32,000 nucleotides of DNA. Source: an uncultured bacterium. Its GTDB lineage: Bacteria; Margulisbacteria; WOR-1; CAVSGV01. A program made the position numbers and the translations under genes. The stretch covers positions 1,530,001-1,562,000 of the forward strand of contig OY969425.1 of NCBI GenBank assembly GCA_963699255.1, written 5' to 3'. Of this stretch, positions 1-8,259 are shown in pieces (within the stretch, counting starts at the first letter, position 1; every line of letters starts with the position of its first letter). Below the pieces are notes generated by a model, which did no database searches, was not told where the DNA came from, and saw only the letters and a program-made list of their open reading frames with translations.

Positions 1-250
1 CCGACGTGGGATTCACCTTCTTGAAATAAGGTATCACGTTCAGGTTCGTGTGGTCAAGCTTGGACAGGCAGAACTGGAGCAGAAGCCTGATCTCCTTAAA
101 GTCCCTGACCATCCCGAGACTATTGAGCCTGTCGCTCTTAATGTGTATCTGGACCTTCCACGTGTGCCCGTGAAGCTGCTCGCACGGGCCGTCGTATCCG
201 ACCAGCTGATGCGCCGCGTCAAAGGTGCCTTCCACCATCAATTCATACAT
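1..250 (-). CDS. queD: 6-carboxy-5,6,7,8-tetrahydropterin synthase (QueD/PTPS family), N-terminal 83 codons; runs off the window edge
   Basis: Absent from the ORF track because it is open at the edge. Reverse-strand ATG at 250 gives MYELMVEGTFDAAHQLVGYDGPCEQLHGHTWKVQIHIKSDRLNSLGMVRDFKEIRLLLQFCLSKLDHTNLNVIPYFKKVNPTS. The FxAAHxL, CxxLHGH and LDHxxLN...NPTS motifs are QueD hallmarks. Confidence 0.8.
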   Translation of the reverse strand, partial: MYELMVEGTFDAAHQLVGYDGPCEQLHGHTWKVQIHIKSDRLNSLGMVRDFKEIRLLLQFCLSKLDHTNLNVIPYFKKVNPTS

Positions 251-271
251 ATTTTGATTTTACCTTCCGCC

Positions 272-1162
272 TCAGCCTTTTACAATAGAGATTTCTTCGA
301 CGTTCGTGACGGGATGTCCAAGCAGGATAGAGCCGAGCTCCTTGAAGCTGGAGCCGGATCCCGTAACGATGAACCTGTGCTTCGGCGGGATATTGGTGGT
401 GTTCATCATCTTTCCCCTGGTCAATATGTCCCTGGCGGTCCTTGCCGCTTCATCCGCGGGATCTATCAGCGCGACACCGGGGCCGAGTATGCCCCTTATC
501 GTCTTTATCAGGTGCGGGTAGTGAGTGCAGCCCAGCACCAGGGTATCGATCTTTGCCGCCATCAGGGGCCGAAGGTATTCCTTCAGTACGTTTTCCGTTT
601 CCTTGGAAGACGCGAAACCGCCTTCTATGAGGGGAACAAGGAGGGGGCAGGCGACGCCGAAAACTTCCGCTTCCTTGTTAAGGCTTTTTATCGCGTTCTG
701 GTACGCGAAGGAATTGATCGTTCCGACCGTCGCGATGACGCCTATCTTTTTGTTCTGTGTGGCGGTGGCCGCGAGCTTTGCCCCGCCCTCTATCATTCCC
801 ACCATAGGGACCTTGTATCTGTCCTTCATTACGGGATATGCGATCGCCGACGACGTTCCGCAGGCGATGACTATCAGTTTTACGCCGAAACTCACCAGGA
901 GATCAAGTATCTCCTTGTTTATTTTCAGTATCTCGCTGTTGGATCTTCCGCCGTAAGGCACCCGGGCGGTATCCGCCAGGTAAATGATGCTTTCTCTGGG
1001 AAGGAGCTTTGTCGTTTTTTCAAAGACCGTAAGCCCTCCGACGCCTGAATCGAACATTCCTATAGAGGAAGACTCCGCCACCGGGGGTTTTTCTGACAGT
1101 TCGGAGATCTTATGGGTCACTTTTCCGGATAATACGTTCCTTACTTGCGAGATCTCTGCCAT
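272..1162 (-). CDS. murI: glutamate racemase
   Basis: 296-aa ORF with DSGVGGL, VIACGTSS and LGCTHYP motifs (the two catalytic Cys regions of MurI). Confidence 0.9.
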   Translation of the reverse strand: MAEISQVRNVLSGKVTHKISELSEKPPVAESSSIGMFDSGVGGLTVFEKTTKLLPRESIIYLADTARVPYGGRSNSEILKINKEILDLLVSFGVKLIVIACGTSSAIAYPVMKDRYKVPMVGMIEGGAKLAATATQNKKIGVIATVGTINSFAYQNAIKSLNKEAEVFGVACPLLVPLIEGGFASSKETENVLKEYLRPLMAAKIDTLVLGCTHYPHLIKTIRGILGPGVALIDPADEAARTARDILTRGKMMNTTNIPPKHRFIVTGSGSSFKELGSILLGHPVTNVEEISIVKG

Positions 1163-2433
1163 GAACTTATTTTAACATATTCCCGGATGCCTTTATACAT
1201 TCCGTACGCCACCCGGTCCTGGAATTTCGGATCGCATATCAGCCTTTCCTCTCTCGGATTCGTGAGGTAGGCGGCTTCCACGAGGACGGACGGCATTTTT
1301 GTGTGGTGGACCGCGTAGTAGGTGACCTTTTTCACGCCCCTGTTCTTCAGCTTTATCGTCCGGCTAAGGTTCTTCTGCATTATTTTCGCGAACGTCCTGC
1401 TCCGCGGCGTGAAATAGTACGTTTCGCATCCTCCTATCCGCGGCCTCGAGTAGGCGTTCAGATGGACGGCCACAAAGATATCGGCGCGCCTGCTGTTCGC
1501 TATCCTGACGATCTCCCTGTTCCGTATGCTTACATCCCTGGTCCTTGTCATTACGACCTTTGCTCCCGCTTTCTTAAGGAACTTCTCCAGCCTCAGCGCT
1601 ATCTTCAGGGTCAGGATCTTCTCAAAAATGCCGGATTCGCTTATGAATCCCGGATCCCTTCCTCCGTGCCCCGGATCCACGACTATGGTCTTGCCCTGCA
1701 GCGTGAGCGGGATCTTGGATATCTCTACCGGCGGTATGTTCGATATCTCCACCGGCTGTATCTTTTTCACGGGCTTTTCTACTTCTTCGGGAACTTCCTC
1801 GGAGACTTCCGTTACCGGTATCGATAGCGTAGGCGCTTCCTCCACCTCGACGACGGTCGGCTTTTCCATCTTAACCGCCTCCGGAGTCACCGGCCTTATT
1901 TTTTCCGGTCTCACGGCCTCGACGGTTGACGGAGCGCTCGGCGCGACTATTTTCGTGCTTTCGGGCCTGGCCTTCGTGAATTCCAGGATGAATTTGTTCC
2001 TTCCGATTATGCTCGCGTAATCGTAGCTCAGCGTTTCGCTGGGCTCCACGATGACGTACACCGTCTTTTCGTCGAACTGCGCCGCCTGGATCATGCTGAT
2101 GAGAGAGGACGCGCCCGGCATTGTCACCGGGGCGTCGATTGAGGCGTTGGAGAATGCCAGGGCTATCCTGTTCGGCGACTCCAGCATTATTATCTCCGGC
2201 TTTATGTTCTCGGAGGTGAAGACGGAGACCTCCTCGTACGCGTCGATCTTTTTGGTTTCGACCTTGAGGATCTTCACTTTGCTATTGGCATAGCAAGGAA
2301 TGACCAATGACCAAATTCCAATGACCAAACAAATTCCAATGAGCAATGACCAATAACCAGAAGACCGTTTGAGATTTCGGATTTGGATATTGCTTGGAAC
2401 TTGGTGCTTGGTAATTGGTAATTTGCTGATCAT
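1141..2433 (-). CDS. N-acetylmuramoyl-L-alanine amidase (N-terminal membrane anchor, AMIN-like domain, Pro/Glu/Val-rich linker, Amidase_3 domain)
   Basis: 430-aa ORF. The C-terminal part reads VVDPGHGGRDPG...VAVHLNA...CETYY...VLVEAAYLTNP, typical of Amidase_3. The start ATG overlaps the cca stop (ATGA), and the 3' end overlaps the murI start by 22 nt. Confidence 0.85.
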   Translation of the reverse strand: MISKLPITKHQVPSNIQIRNLKRSSGYWSLLIGICLVIGIWSLVIPCYANSKVKILKVETKKIDAYEEVSVFTSENIKPEIIMLESPNRIALAFSNASIDAPVTMPGASSLISMIQAAQFDEKTVYVIVEPSETLSYDYASIIGRNKFILEFTKARPESTKIVAPSAPSTVEAVRPEKIRPVTPEAVKMEKPTVVEVEEAPTLSIPVTEVSEEVPEEVEKPVKKIQPVEISNIPPVEISKIPLTLQGKTIVVDPGHGGRDPGFISESGIFEKILTLKIALRLEKFLKKAGAKVVMTRTRDVSIRNREIVRIANSRRADIFVAVHLNAYSRPRIGGCETYYFTPRSRTFAKIMQKNLSRTIKLKNRGVKKVTYYAVHHTKMPSVLVEAAYLTNPREERLICDPKFQDRVAYGMYKGIREYVKISSWQRSRK

Positions 2434-3758
2434 CGATTATTTTTTATCAACGCCGTTAAACTGGTTTTGGTGTTCAACTTCGGGTTATCCAGAACTTTAT
2501 CAAGCAGCTTGTTCAGTGCTTTGCCGACCTTCGGCCCGGGGCCGATGCCCAGGATCCTCATCACGTCGTTGCCGTCAAGAGCCAGGTCCCTTACATGGAG
2601 CGCGTTCTGCTCCTGGATTATCTTTTTTATTCCTTTCCTGAGATCTTTCGGATATCCGGGCTCCACGTCCCTTCCCATGGACCTGATATCCGCTATACGG
2701 AGATCAAAAAGATCGTTGACGCGGTCCAGTCCCACGCGGATCATGAACCGCCTTATAGCGGAATCGGACCATTCTTTCGTGTAATTGAACATGTGGTTCT
2801 TTATCATATTTGTCACGTAATAGATATGTTCGTTGCTGAATTTGAGCCGTTTCATTATCTTTGCCGCGATGTCCGCGCCTTTGTTCTCGTGGCCGTAAAA
2901 AGTGTTCTTCACCTTGCACCGCGGCTTGGCGATGTCGTGAAGAAGGGCGGCGAGCCTCAGGACCGGCCTGTCTTTTGAAACTTCGTCGCAGGTGTAGAGG
3001 TTGTGCCAGTAGACGTCGTCCTTATGGAAGGGCCTGGGCTGTTTTACGCCGATGCCTTTTAAAAGCTCGGGAATGTAAATTGTAAGGAGTCCCGACTTTC
3101 TCATCAGGTCAAGCCCGATCGACGGCTTGTCCGCTTCGAGCATCCTCATCAATTCATCGTGCACTCTTTCCGGGGAAACTTTTTTCGCGACTCTCAGGCA
3201 TTTGGGGATGGCTTTAAGCGTTTTATCTTCGATCCTGAAACCAAGTTTTGCCGCGAAACGGCAGGCCCTGACGGGGCGCAGCCCGTCTTCCATGAATCTT
3301 TCCACCGGATCTCCGACCGCCCTGATGAGTTTTGCTTTCAGGTCTTTTTGCCCGCCGAAGATATCTACAAGTTCCCTGGCCGTCGGGTCATATGCGATGG
3401 CATTGATGGTGAAATCCCGCCTTGATAGGTCCTTGCGGAGGTCCTTTGAGAACGTGACTTTGCTGGGATGTCTTCCGTCGATATATCTTTCATCGGAGCG
3501 GAAAGTGGTGATCTCATATGGGATCTTATTGATAATAACGGTGACCGTTCCGTATTTTATTCCGGTAGGGACGACCTTTTTGAACAGCTTTGTTACTTGG
3601 GCGGGAGTTGCGTCGGTCGTCAGGTCCCAGACTTTCGGCTTAAGTTTAAGCAGGAGGTCGCGCACCCCGCCGCCGACGATGTAGCACTGGAAACCTGCGC
3701 GTTTGATGGTTTTTATAAGACCTATAAGGTCTTTCGGGAAAGCTTTATTGTTTATCAT
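2430..3758 (-). CDS. cca: CCA-adding tRNA nucleotidyltransferase / poly(A) polymerase family protein with C-terminal HD region
   Basis: 442-aa ORF with CYIVGGGVRDLLL, DLTTDATP and RRDFTINA nucleotidyltransferase motifs, plus LLHDIAKP (HD). Confidence 0.8.
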   Translation of the reverse strand: MINNKAFPKDLIGLIKTIKRAGFQCYIVGGGVRDLLLKLKPKVWDLTTDATPAQVTKLFKKVVPTGIKYGTVTVIINKIPYEITTFRSDERYIDGRHPSKVTFSKDLRKDLSRRDFTINAIAYDPTARELVDIFGGQKDLKAKLIRAVGDPVERFMEDGLRPVRACRFAAKLGFRIEDKTLKAIPKCLRVAKKVSPERVHDELMRMLEADKPSIGLDLMRKSGLLTIYIPELLKGIGVKQPRPFHKDDVYWHNLYTCDEVSKDRPVLRLAALLHDIAKPRCKVKNTFYGHENKGADIAAKIMKRLKFSNEHIYYVTNMIKNHMFNYTKEWSDSAIRRFMIRVGLDRVNDLFDLRIADIRSMGRDVEPGYPKDLRKGIKKIIQEQNALHVRDLALDGNDVMRILGIGPGPKVGKALNKLLDKVLDNPKLNTKTSLTALIKNNR

Positions 3759-3816
3759 TGCGATAAATCTTACAGGAGAGGCTTATATATGTAAAGTAGA
3801 TGGAATCGTTGAGGTT

Positions 3817-3993
3817 GGTAATTAGGTGAGGGTAAAGAGGCCAGTATGGAAGTTGGGGTTAGGGTTGGGCCACACACTTCCAATCCTTACTTCTATACTG
3901 GCTTCCTAGCCTTTACCTAATTTTCTGGTTTTCAGGGTTGGGCCACACACGTCCAAACCTAACTTCTATACCGGCTTCCTAACCCTAACCTAA
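3817..3993 (+). repeat. Long imperfect hairpin (arms 3822-3853 / 3889-3920) followed by a second copy of the 53-nt right-arm module (3869-3921 and 3941-3993)
   Basis: In my hand pairing of the two 32-nt arms, 25 positions are Watson-Crick, 5 are G-T/T-G and 2 are mismatches. Module 3941-3993 matches the reverse complement of 13684-13736 at 49/53 positions. Confidence 0.7.
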
Positions 3994-4079
3994 TACCTAA
4001 CTTCAATAATATGGCTAAACGATGTATAATCATGCATAGCAATTGGTTATAGGTCCTTGCTTAACCAAAGCTGGTTTCT

Positions 4080-4436
4080 GGGGGTGTAAGGGTTTTGACG
4101 GGAAAGCGGGGGACCGGGTTGCGAGCCAAGGATGATACTGTCCTTGTAAAAACGTATCAAAACACAAACGCAAATCAAGAATTTGCACTTGCTGCCTAAT
4201 AAATAACGGCGGCTTCGTCTCTTAGGCCTCTTTCGGCAGGGCTTAAATAGACGTTATTTTGCCGGATACTGTTCTGCCCTGTTTGTGGAGCAGAATGGGA
4301 AAACTTTCATAAACTAGCGTAAGATGCGCCCCGCCTTGGGCATATTCTTAAGCGAACTAAAATATAAAGGACACGCTCGTAGTAACCTGATCTTATGCTT
4401 TTTCGGACGAGGGTTCGACTCCCTCCACCTCCACCA
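4080..4436 (+). ncRNA. ssrA: tmRNA (SsrA), 357 nt
   Basis: 5' GGGGGTGTAAGGGTTTTGACGGG and 3' GGACGAGGGTTCGACTCCCTCCACCTCCACCA. The 7-bp acceptor stem GGGGGUG/CACCUCC includes the G3-U pair, and a T-arm GAGGG-TTCGACT-CCCTC is present. The tag reading frame ends GCA AAT CAA GAA TTT GCA CTT GCT GCC TAA TAA (..ANQEFALAA**, 4170-4202); the resume codon is uncertain. Confidence 0.9.
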
Positions 4437-4940
4437 TGAAGTATTCCCCGCCTTCGGCAGGTAAACTTCATGGCGGGCCTTTGATATGAAATATAGCTAT
4501 CTATTCTACTTTTGTTATGGGGAATTACTTCATGGTCCACCAAGCTATAGCTTCGAATTATCGTTACAATCGATCAGATTTGTCGAGGGGAGTAGGTCGC
4601 GCAGCGACCGTTGAGGGGTGAAACCCCTCAAGGCCGGAACGCAGCCAGCTTCATAACATATCGTGGTGAGACTCCCCTCCACCTCCACCATGAAGTATTC
4701 CCCGCCTTCGGCAGGTAAACTTCATGGCGGGCCTTTGATATGAAATATAGCTATCTATTCTACTTTTGTTATGGGGAATTACTTCATGGTCCACCAAGCT
4801 ATAGCTTCGAATTATCGTTACGATCGATCAGATTTGTCGAGGGGAGTAGGTCGCGCAGCGACCGTTGAGGGGTGAAACCCCTCAAGGCCGGAACGCAGCC
4901 AGCTTCATAACATATCGTGGTGAGACTCTCCTCACCTCCA
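4417..4940 (+). repeat. Tandem duplication (period 254 bp, two units). Each unit ends in a copy of the tmRNA 3' terminus, and the third copy is degenerate.
   Basis: Unit bodies 4437-4669 and 4691-4923 differ at one base (a4568 vs g4822). GACTCCCTCCACCTCCACCA (tmRNA, 4417-4436) recurs as GACTCCCCTCCACCTCCACCA (4670-4690) and degenerately as GACTCTCCTCACCTCCA (4924-4940). Confidence 0.9.
4582..4637 (+). repeat. Twin-hairpin module GGGGAGTAG / hairpin 1 / CGTTGAGGGG-loop-CCCCTCAA, with a second copy at 4836-4891 and an inverted copy at 17514-17573
   Basis: The sequence is GTCGAGGGGAGTAG-GTCGC-GCA-GCGAC-CGTTGAGGGG-TGAAA-CCCCTCAA. The inverted copy keeps the flanks, but its hairpin-1 stem is CCCCGAC/GTCGGGG. 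Confidence 0.7.
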
Positions 4941-4954
4941 TTTTTACTTTCTTG

Positions 4955-5151
4955 CTTAATACAAAAGCATTTCCTTTCCACTTTCTTTTACCAGAAAAGA
5001 AAGTGGAGCAAAGAAAGCTGGCCTAAGGGGAGAACCCCCTTAGGTATCCCCCTTTCAGCTCACAAAACTCAGCCGACTCGCCCTTCAGGCTCGCGGCTTC
5101 AAACAGTTGCTCGCAAGGTAAGGAATTACATCCGGAATTAAATATAAACAT
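4955..5151 (+). repeat. Dispersed ~197-bp multi-hairpin repeat, copy A (the inverted copy B is at 17682-17879)
   Basis: Hand alignment to the reverse complement of 17682-17879 is collinear over the whole length with scattered substitutions. Copy A contains the hairpins CCACTTTCTTTT-ACCAG-AAAAGAAAGTGG and CTAAGGGG-AGAA-CCCCTTAG. Confidence 0.8.
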
Positions 5152-5472
5152 CCCGAAGGGATTCCTTGTTAGGCCTTCTGTTTGAGCCGTACGAGGCCGA
5201 GCGCAGCGAGGACGAGAAGGCGAGTCAAGGCCGTCGGGGGTACAGGGGGCGGGCCCCCTGTCGGCGTTCTTTTCCCCATTTTCTTTCGCTGCTGAAAGAA
5301 AATGGGCGGGAAGAGAGGGGAAGTCTTATGCAACCACAAAAATATCCACGTAAGGGCAGCGCCCATCGTCACGAAAACTTTAGTTTAACATTTGCGATTT
5401 TTCACCCAAAAGCCGCTTGCCAATTTTATCCCTCGGTGTAGGATTGCCCCGGACTCAAAAGGAGGAATATTT

Positions 5473-6108
5473 ATGCTGAAAACAATAAAAGCTATCATTG
5501 CAGTCTGCATGGTATTTTCCATTATCCCGCTTCTCTGCGGGTGCTGCTGCGGCGGTTTGGATATAAAAGACACGTCGGGGATAAGGGATTACCTGTCCAC
5601 GCAGGCCAGGTGCGAGCTGCTTGCCATCAGGATAAAGAAGTACTATTCGACGGCGCCGCAATACCAGAAGGCGGAAGCCGCGTACAACACGGCGGCTGCC
5701 TACGGCAACGCATACATGGCGGACCTGATAGTTTCGATCAAGACCAGCCGGGTGGTGGATGTGCCGGATGAAGCGTTCAAAAGCTCCGATCTATTCGCGA
5801 AGATGCAGAGTTTCCTGGCTTATGAAGCGTTAACGAACCAGAAAGCGGAAGTTCCCGCAGGGCAAAAGCCGAAAGCACTGGGCGTTTCCCCTTCGGAAGT
5901 GATAGCGGCTGAAGACGCGGTAAAGGGAGCGATGGGGATTTTTGCGAGCATGCAGGACCGCATTCAGGCGGAAACGGACGCCAATTTGAAGGTGCTGGAG
6001 GAGGAGTGGTTCAGCAGGGTATATTGGAACTCTTTTGATAAAACGACCGAGGATTCGTTCAATATGAAATGGACGAGATCGACACAGGCGACGGGGAAGA
6101 CAAAATAA
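5473..6108 (+). CDS. hypothetical lipoprotein
   Basis: ATG at 5473 is preceded by AAGGAGG. The N-terminus MLKTIKAIIAVCMVFSIIPLLCGCCCGG resembles a signal peptide plus lipobox. I chose this start instead of the longer track ORF that begins at 5392. Confidence 0.6.
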   Translation: MLKTIKAIIAVCMVFSIIPLLCGCCCGGLDIKDTSGIRDYLSTQARCELLAIRIKKYYSTAPQYQKAEAAYNTAAAYGNAYMADLIVSIKTSRVVDVPDEAFKSSDLFAKMQSFLAYEALTNQKAEVPAGQKPKALGVSPSEVIAAEDAVKGAMGIFASMQDRIQAETDANLKVLEEEWFSRVYWNSFDKTTEDSFNMKWTRSTQATGKTK

Positions 6109-6254
6109 CAGTTCATTTGAGCCGGAAACGCTGTTGTTCGCGATACAATATTCTGCGCTAGCCTCTTGACCCTTGTCCCTTGCTCTTACCAACCCTCCTC
6201 CTTGTCTCCTTCTTTGCATAAGAGTAGAATTGACCTAATAAAACAGGAGAAAAT

Positions 6255-7193
6255 ATGGCAGAAGAGCCAAGGAAAATATCATTTCAAGAAGCTATCGACA
6301 CATGTGTGCCTTTTTATAATAACGCTGCATTAGAACAAAAGTTTGATGAATTTATTGAGGCGAAAGCTGCTGGCATATCTGCTTATGCTGACGATGAAAC
6401 ACAAGAGATTTCTTTAGATAAAGTAATTTCTTTTTTGAGGGATCAAGAAGATGGACTAGAAATGATATTGGGCATTCTTCATATTCCAGAAGAAAAATTT
6501 AAACGAATAGTTACCCTATTGAGAAAGATTGATGGATCTTTCAAGACAGAATGGGGCATTGACAAGATTAAGGAGTTAATTCAAAAGAAAGACGATTTCG
6601 CTAAGAATATAGCACATATATTTATTGACGGCAAAAATGATGCAACTTTAATAGAATATCTCCCAAAAACTTATCGAGAACGGTTAAATCTAAGATCTTT
6701 GCACAAAGAAGAAGCTCGAGAGGATATTGTAATAAGGCTAAAAGATCAATATATAGGAACATACAGCAATTGGAAGGGCGATCTCATTGAAGGGATTATT
6801 AAGGCGAAACTGGAGAAAATAAAAAGTCTTTATGGAATTCCATATGTTGCTGGGCTTACTCCTTTGATTGATGTTACTGTTGATTGGGCCATTCCTAACT
6901 TAGAAGATCCTTATGTTATAATAATGTCTTCTTATCAAGAGACCACCTCAAGTGGGCAGTCAACAAAAGCAAGGGATATGATGGCTTGTTATCAGAAAAT
7001 AGATCTTAGAAATATTCAGCGAGGTGAAAATAGGGCTTTTGTGAATTTTGTTGATGGGGGTGGTTGGCTTGCACGTCAAAATGACTTAAGAAGATTGGTG
7101 GATGGGTGCCATTATTTTCTTAATATTAAGACATTGGATATGCTAGAAAGCATAATATTAAGACATGTTCCCAAACAATATTTTAGTACGTGA
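6255..7193 (+). CDS. putative type II restriction endonuclease (C-terminal region resembles the DpnII/MboI family)
   Basis: 312-aa ORF lying 3 nt upstream of a DNA methyltransferase gene. The tail ..VDWAI..SSGQSTKARD...FVNFVDGGGWLARQNDLRRL...LNIKTLDMLESIIL parallels my recollection of the DpnII C-terminus (DFVI..SGSGSKLNETAR..FMWITDGQGW..NNLRE..NINDLEHNIL). The gene is AT-rich. Confidence 0.5.
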   Translation: MAEEPRKISFQEAIDTCVPFYNNAALEQKFDEFIEAKAAGISAYADDETQEISLDKVISFLRDQEDGLEMILGILHIPEEKFKRIVTLLRKIDGSFKTEWGIDKIKELIQKKDDFAKNIAHIFIDGKNDATLIEYLPKTYRERLNLRSLHKEEAREDIVIRLKDQYIGTYSNWKGDLIEGIIKAKLEKIKSLYGIPYVAGLTPLIDVTVDWAIPNLEDPYVIIMSSYQETTSSGQSTKARDMMACYQKIDLRNIQRGENRAFVNFVDGGGWLARQNDLRRLVDGCHYFLNIKTLDMLESIILRHVPKQYFST

Positions 7194-7196
7194 ACT

Positions 7197-8162
7197 ATGC
7201 ACAATAAATTACTAGATAGATATATTAATAGAGTCCTATTAGGCGATTGTATAAGGATCATGCGGCAGTTGCCAGATAATTCAATTGATATGACGTTTGC
7301 CGATCCACCATTCAATTTAAAGAAGAAATATAATCACTACGAAGACTCAAAAGAAAAAACAGAGTATCTCAATTGGTGCAACCTCTGGATTGATGAGATG
7401 GTGAGAATAACAAAGCCAAGTGGGGCTATCTTTGTGCATAACATACCACGGTGGCTTACCCATTATGCTGAGCATCTTAATAAAACAGCCTATTTTAGGC
7501 ATTGGATTTCTTGGGATTCAGGAGGGGCACTTTTAGGAAAAACATTATTACCTAATCACTATGGCATTTTATATTATACGAAATCTAAATCTTACAAAGA
7601 GTTTAAATTTTATGATATCAGAGCGCCACACAAACGGTGCAGAATATGTAAGGGTTATATAAAAGATTATGGTGGGAAGAAGGATCAAATGCATCCTTTC
7701 GGGATGTTATTATCAGATGTGTGGACTGATATACATAGAATTAGGCATAAAAAGCGAAGAGATGAACATCCATGCCAACTGCCGATCCCCTTGCTAGAAA
7801 GATTGATATTAATGACAACAGATGAGGGGGATGTTGTATTAGATCCTTTTATTGGAACAGGCACAACCGCTGTAGCAGCTAAATCGCTTGGCAGGAGATA
7901 TATTGGAATCGATTTAGATAAAAAATATATTGAAATTGCAAAAAGGAATATCAAAGAAGCGATCGAAACAAAAGTAAGCGGTAAATATGTTTCAATTTAC
8001 TTAAACCAGATACGAACGATGAAAGACGTTGATTTTAAAGAGATACTTAAGAATAAACGTTATAATTATATGGAAAATCATAAAATCTTATTAGATATTA
8101 ATAAAAAAACGCACTCTCATATTATAAGTGTCCCTTCAAATGAATTAGTTATTTCAAAATAG
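7197..8162 (+). CDS. DNA methyltransferase, beta-class (N6-adenine or N4-cytosine; PF01555-like)
   Basis: Motif IV (FADPPF) lies near the N-terminus and motif I (VLDPFIGTGTTAVAAKSLGRRYIGIDL) near the C-terminus. HPCQLPIPLLERLI is also present. Confidence 0.85.
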   Translation: MHNKLLDRYINRVLLGDCIRIMRQLPDNSIDMTFADPPFNLKKKYNHYEDSKEKTEYLNWCNLWIDEMVRITKPSGAIFVHNIPRWLTHYAEHLNKTAYFRHWISWDSGGALLGKTLLPNHYGILYYTKSKSYKEFKFYDIRAPHKRCRICKGYIKDYGGKKDQMHPFGMLLSDVWTDIHRIRHKKRRDEHPCQLPIPLLERLILMTTDEGDVVLDPFIGTGTTAVAAKSLGRRYIGIDLDKKYIEIAKRNIKEAIETKVSGKYVSIYLNQIRTMKDVDFKEILKNKRYNYMENHKILLDINKKTHSHIISVPSNELVISK

Positions 8163-8259
8163 ATTTCTATGAGGGATGAGTTTTTGATTTTGTTTATAAG
8201 CTATATAGGCTGCTGGAGGAAGATAGGATGGTGGAAGCTGTGAAGAAAAGGAGGTTTAA

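Noticed and set aside
50-1048. 332-aa plus-strand ORF, the longest at this locus
   Set aside because: It lies entirely antisense to murI, whose translation carries unmistakable glutamate racemase motifs. The plus-strand product is Arg/Gly/His-rich with no recognisable domain, so I treat it as a shadow ORF. The same reasoning applies to 1303..1827, 1526..2020, 3127..3684, 19360..19902, 20337..21371, 21259..21756, 22038..22595 and 23851..24282.
4307-4543. 78-aa minus-strand ORF
   Set aside because: It overlaps the 3' half of the tmRNA gene and the first tandem unit. It has no SD and an implausible composition. The ORF at 4799..4981 is likewise inside the tandem repeat.
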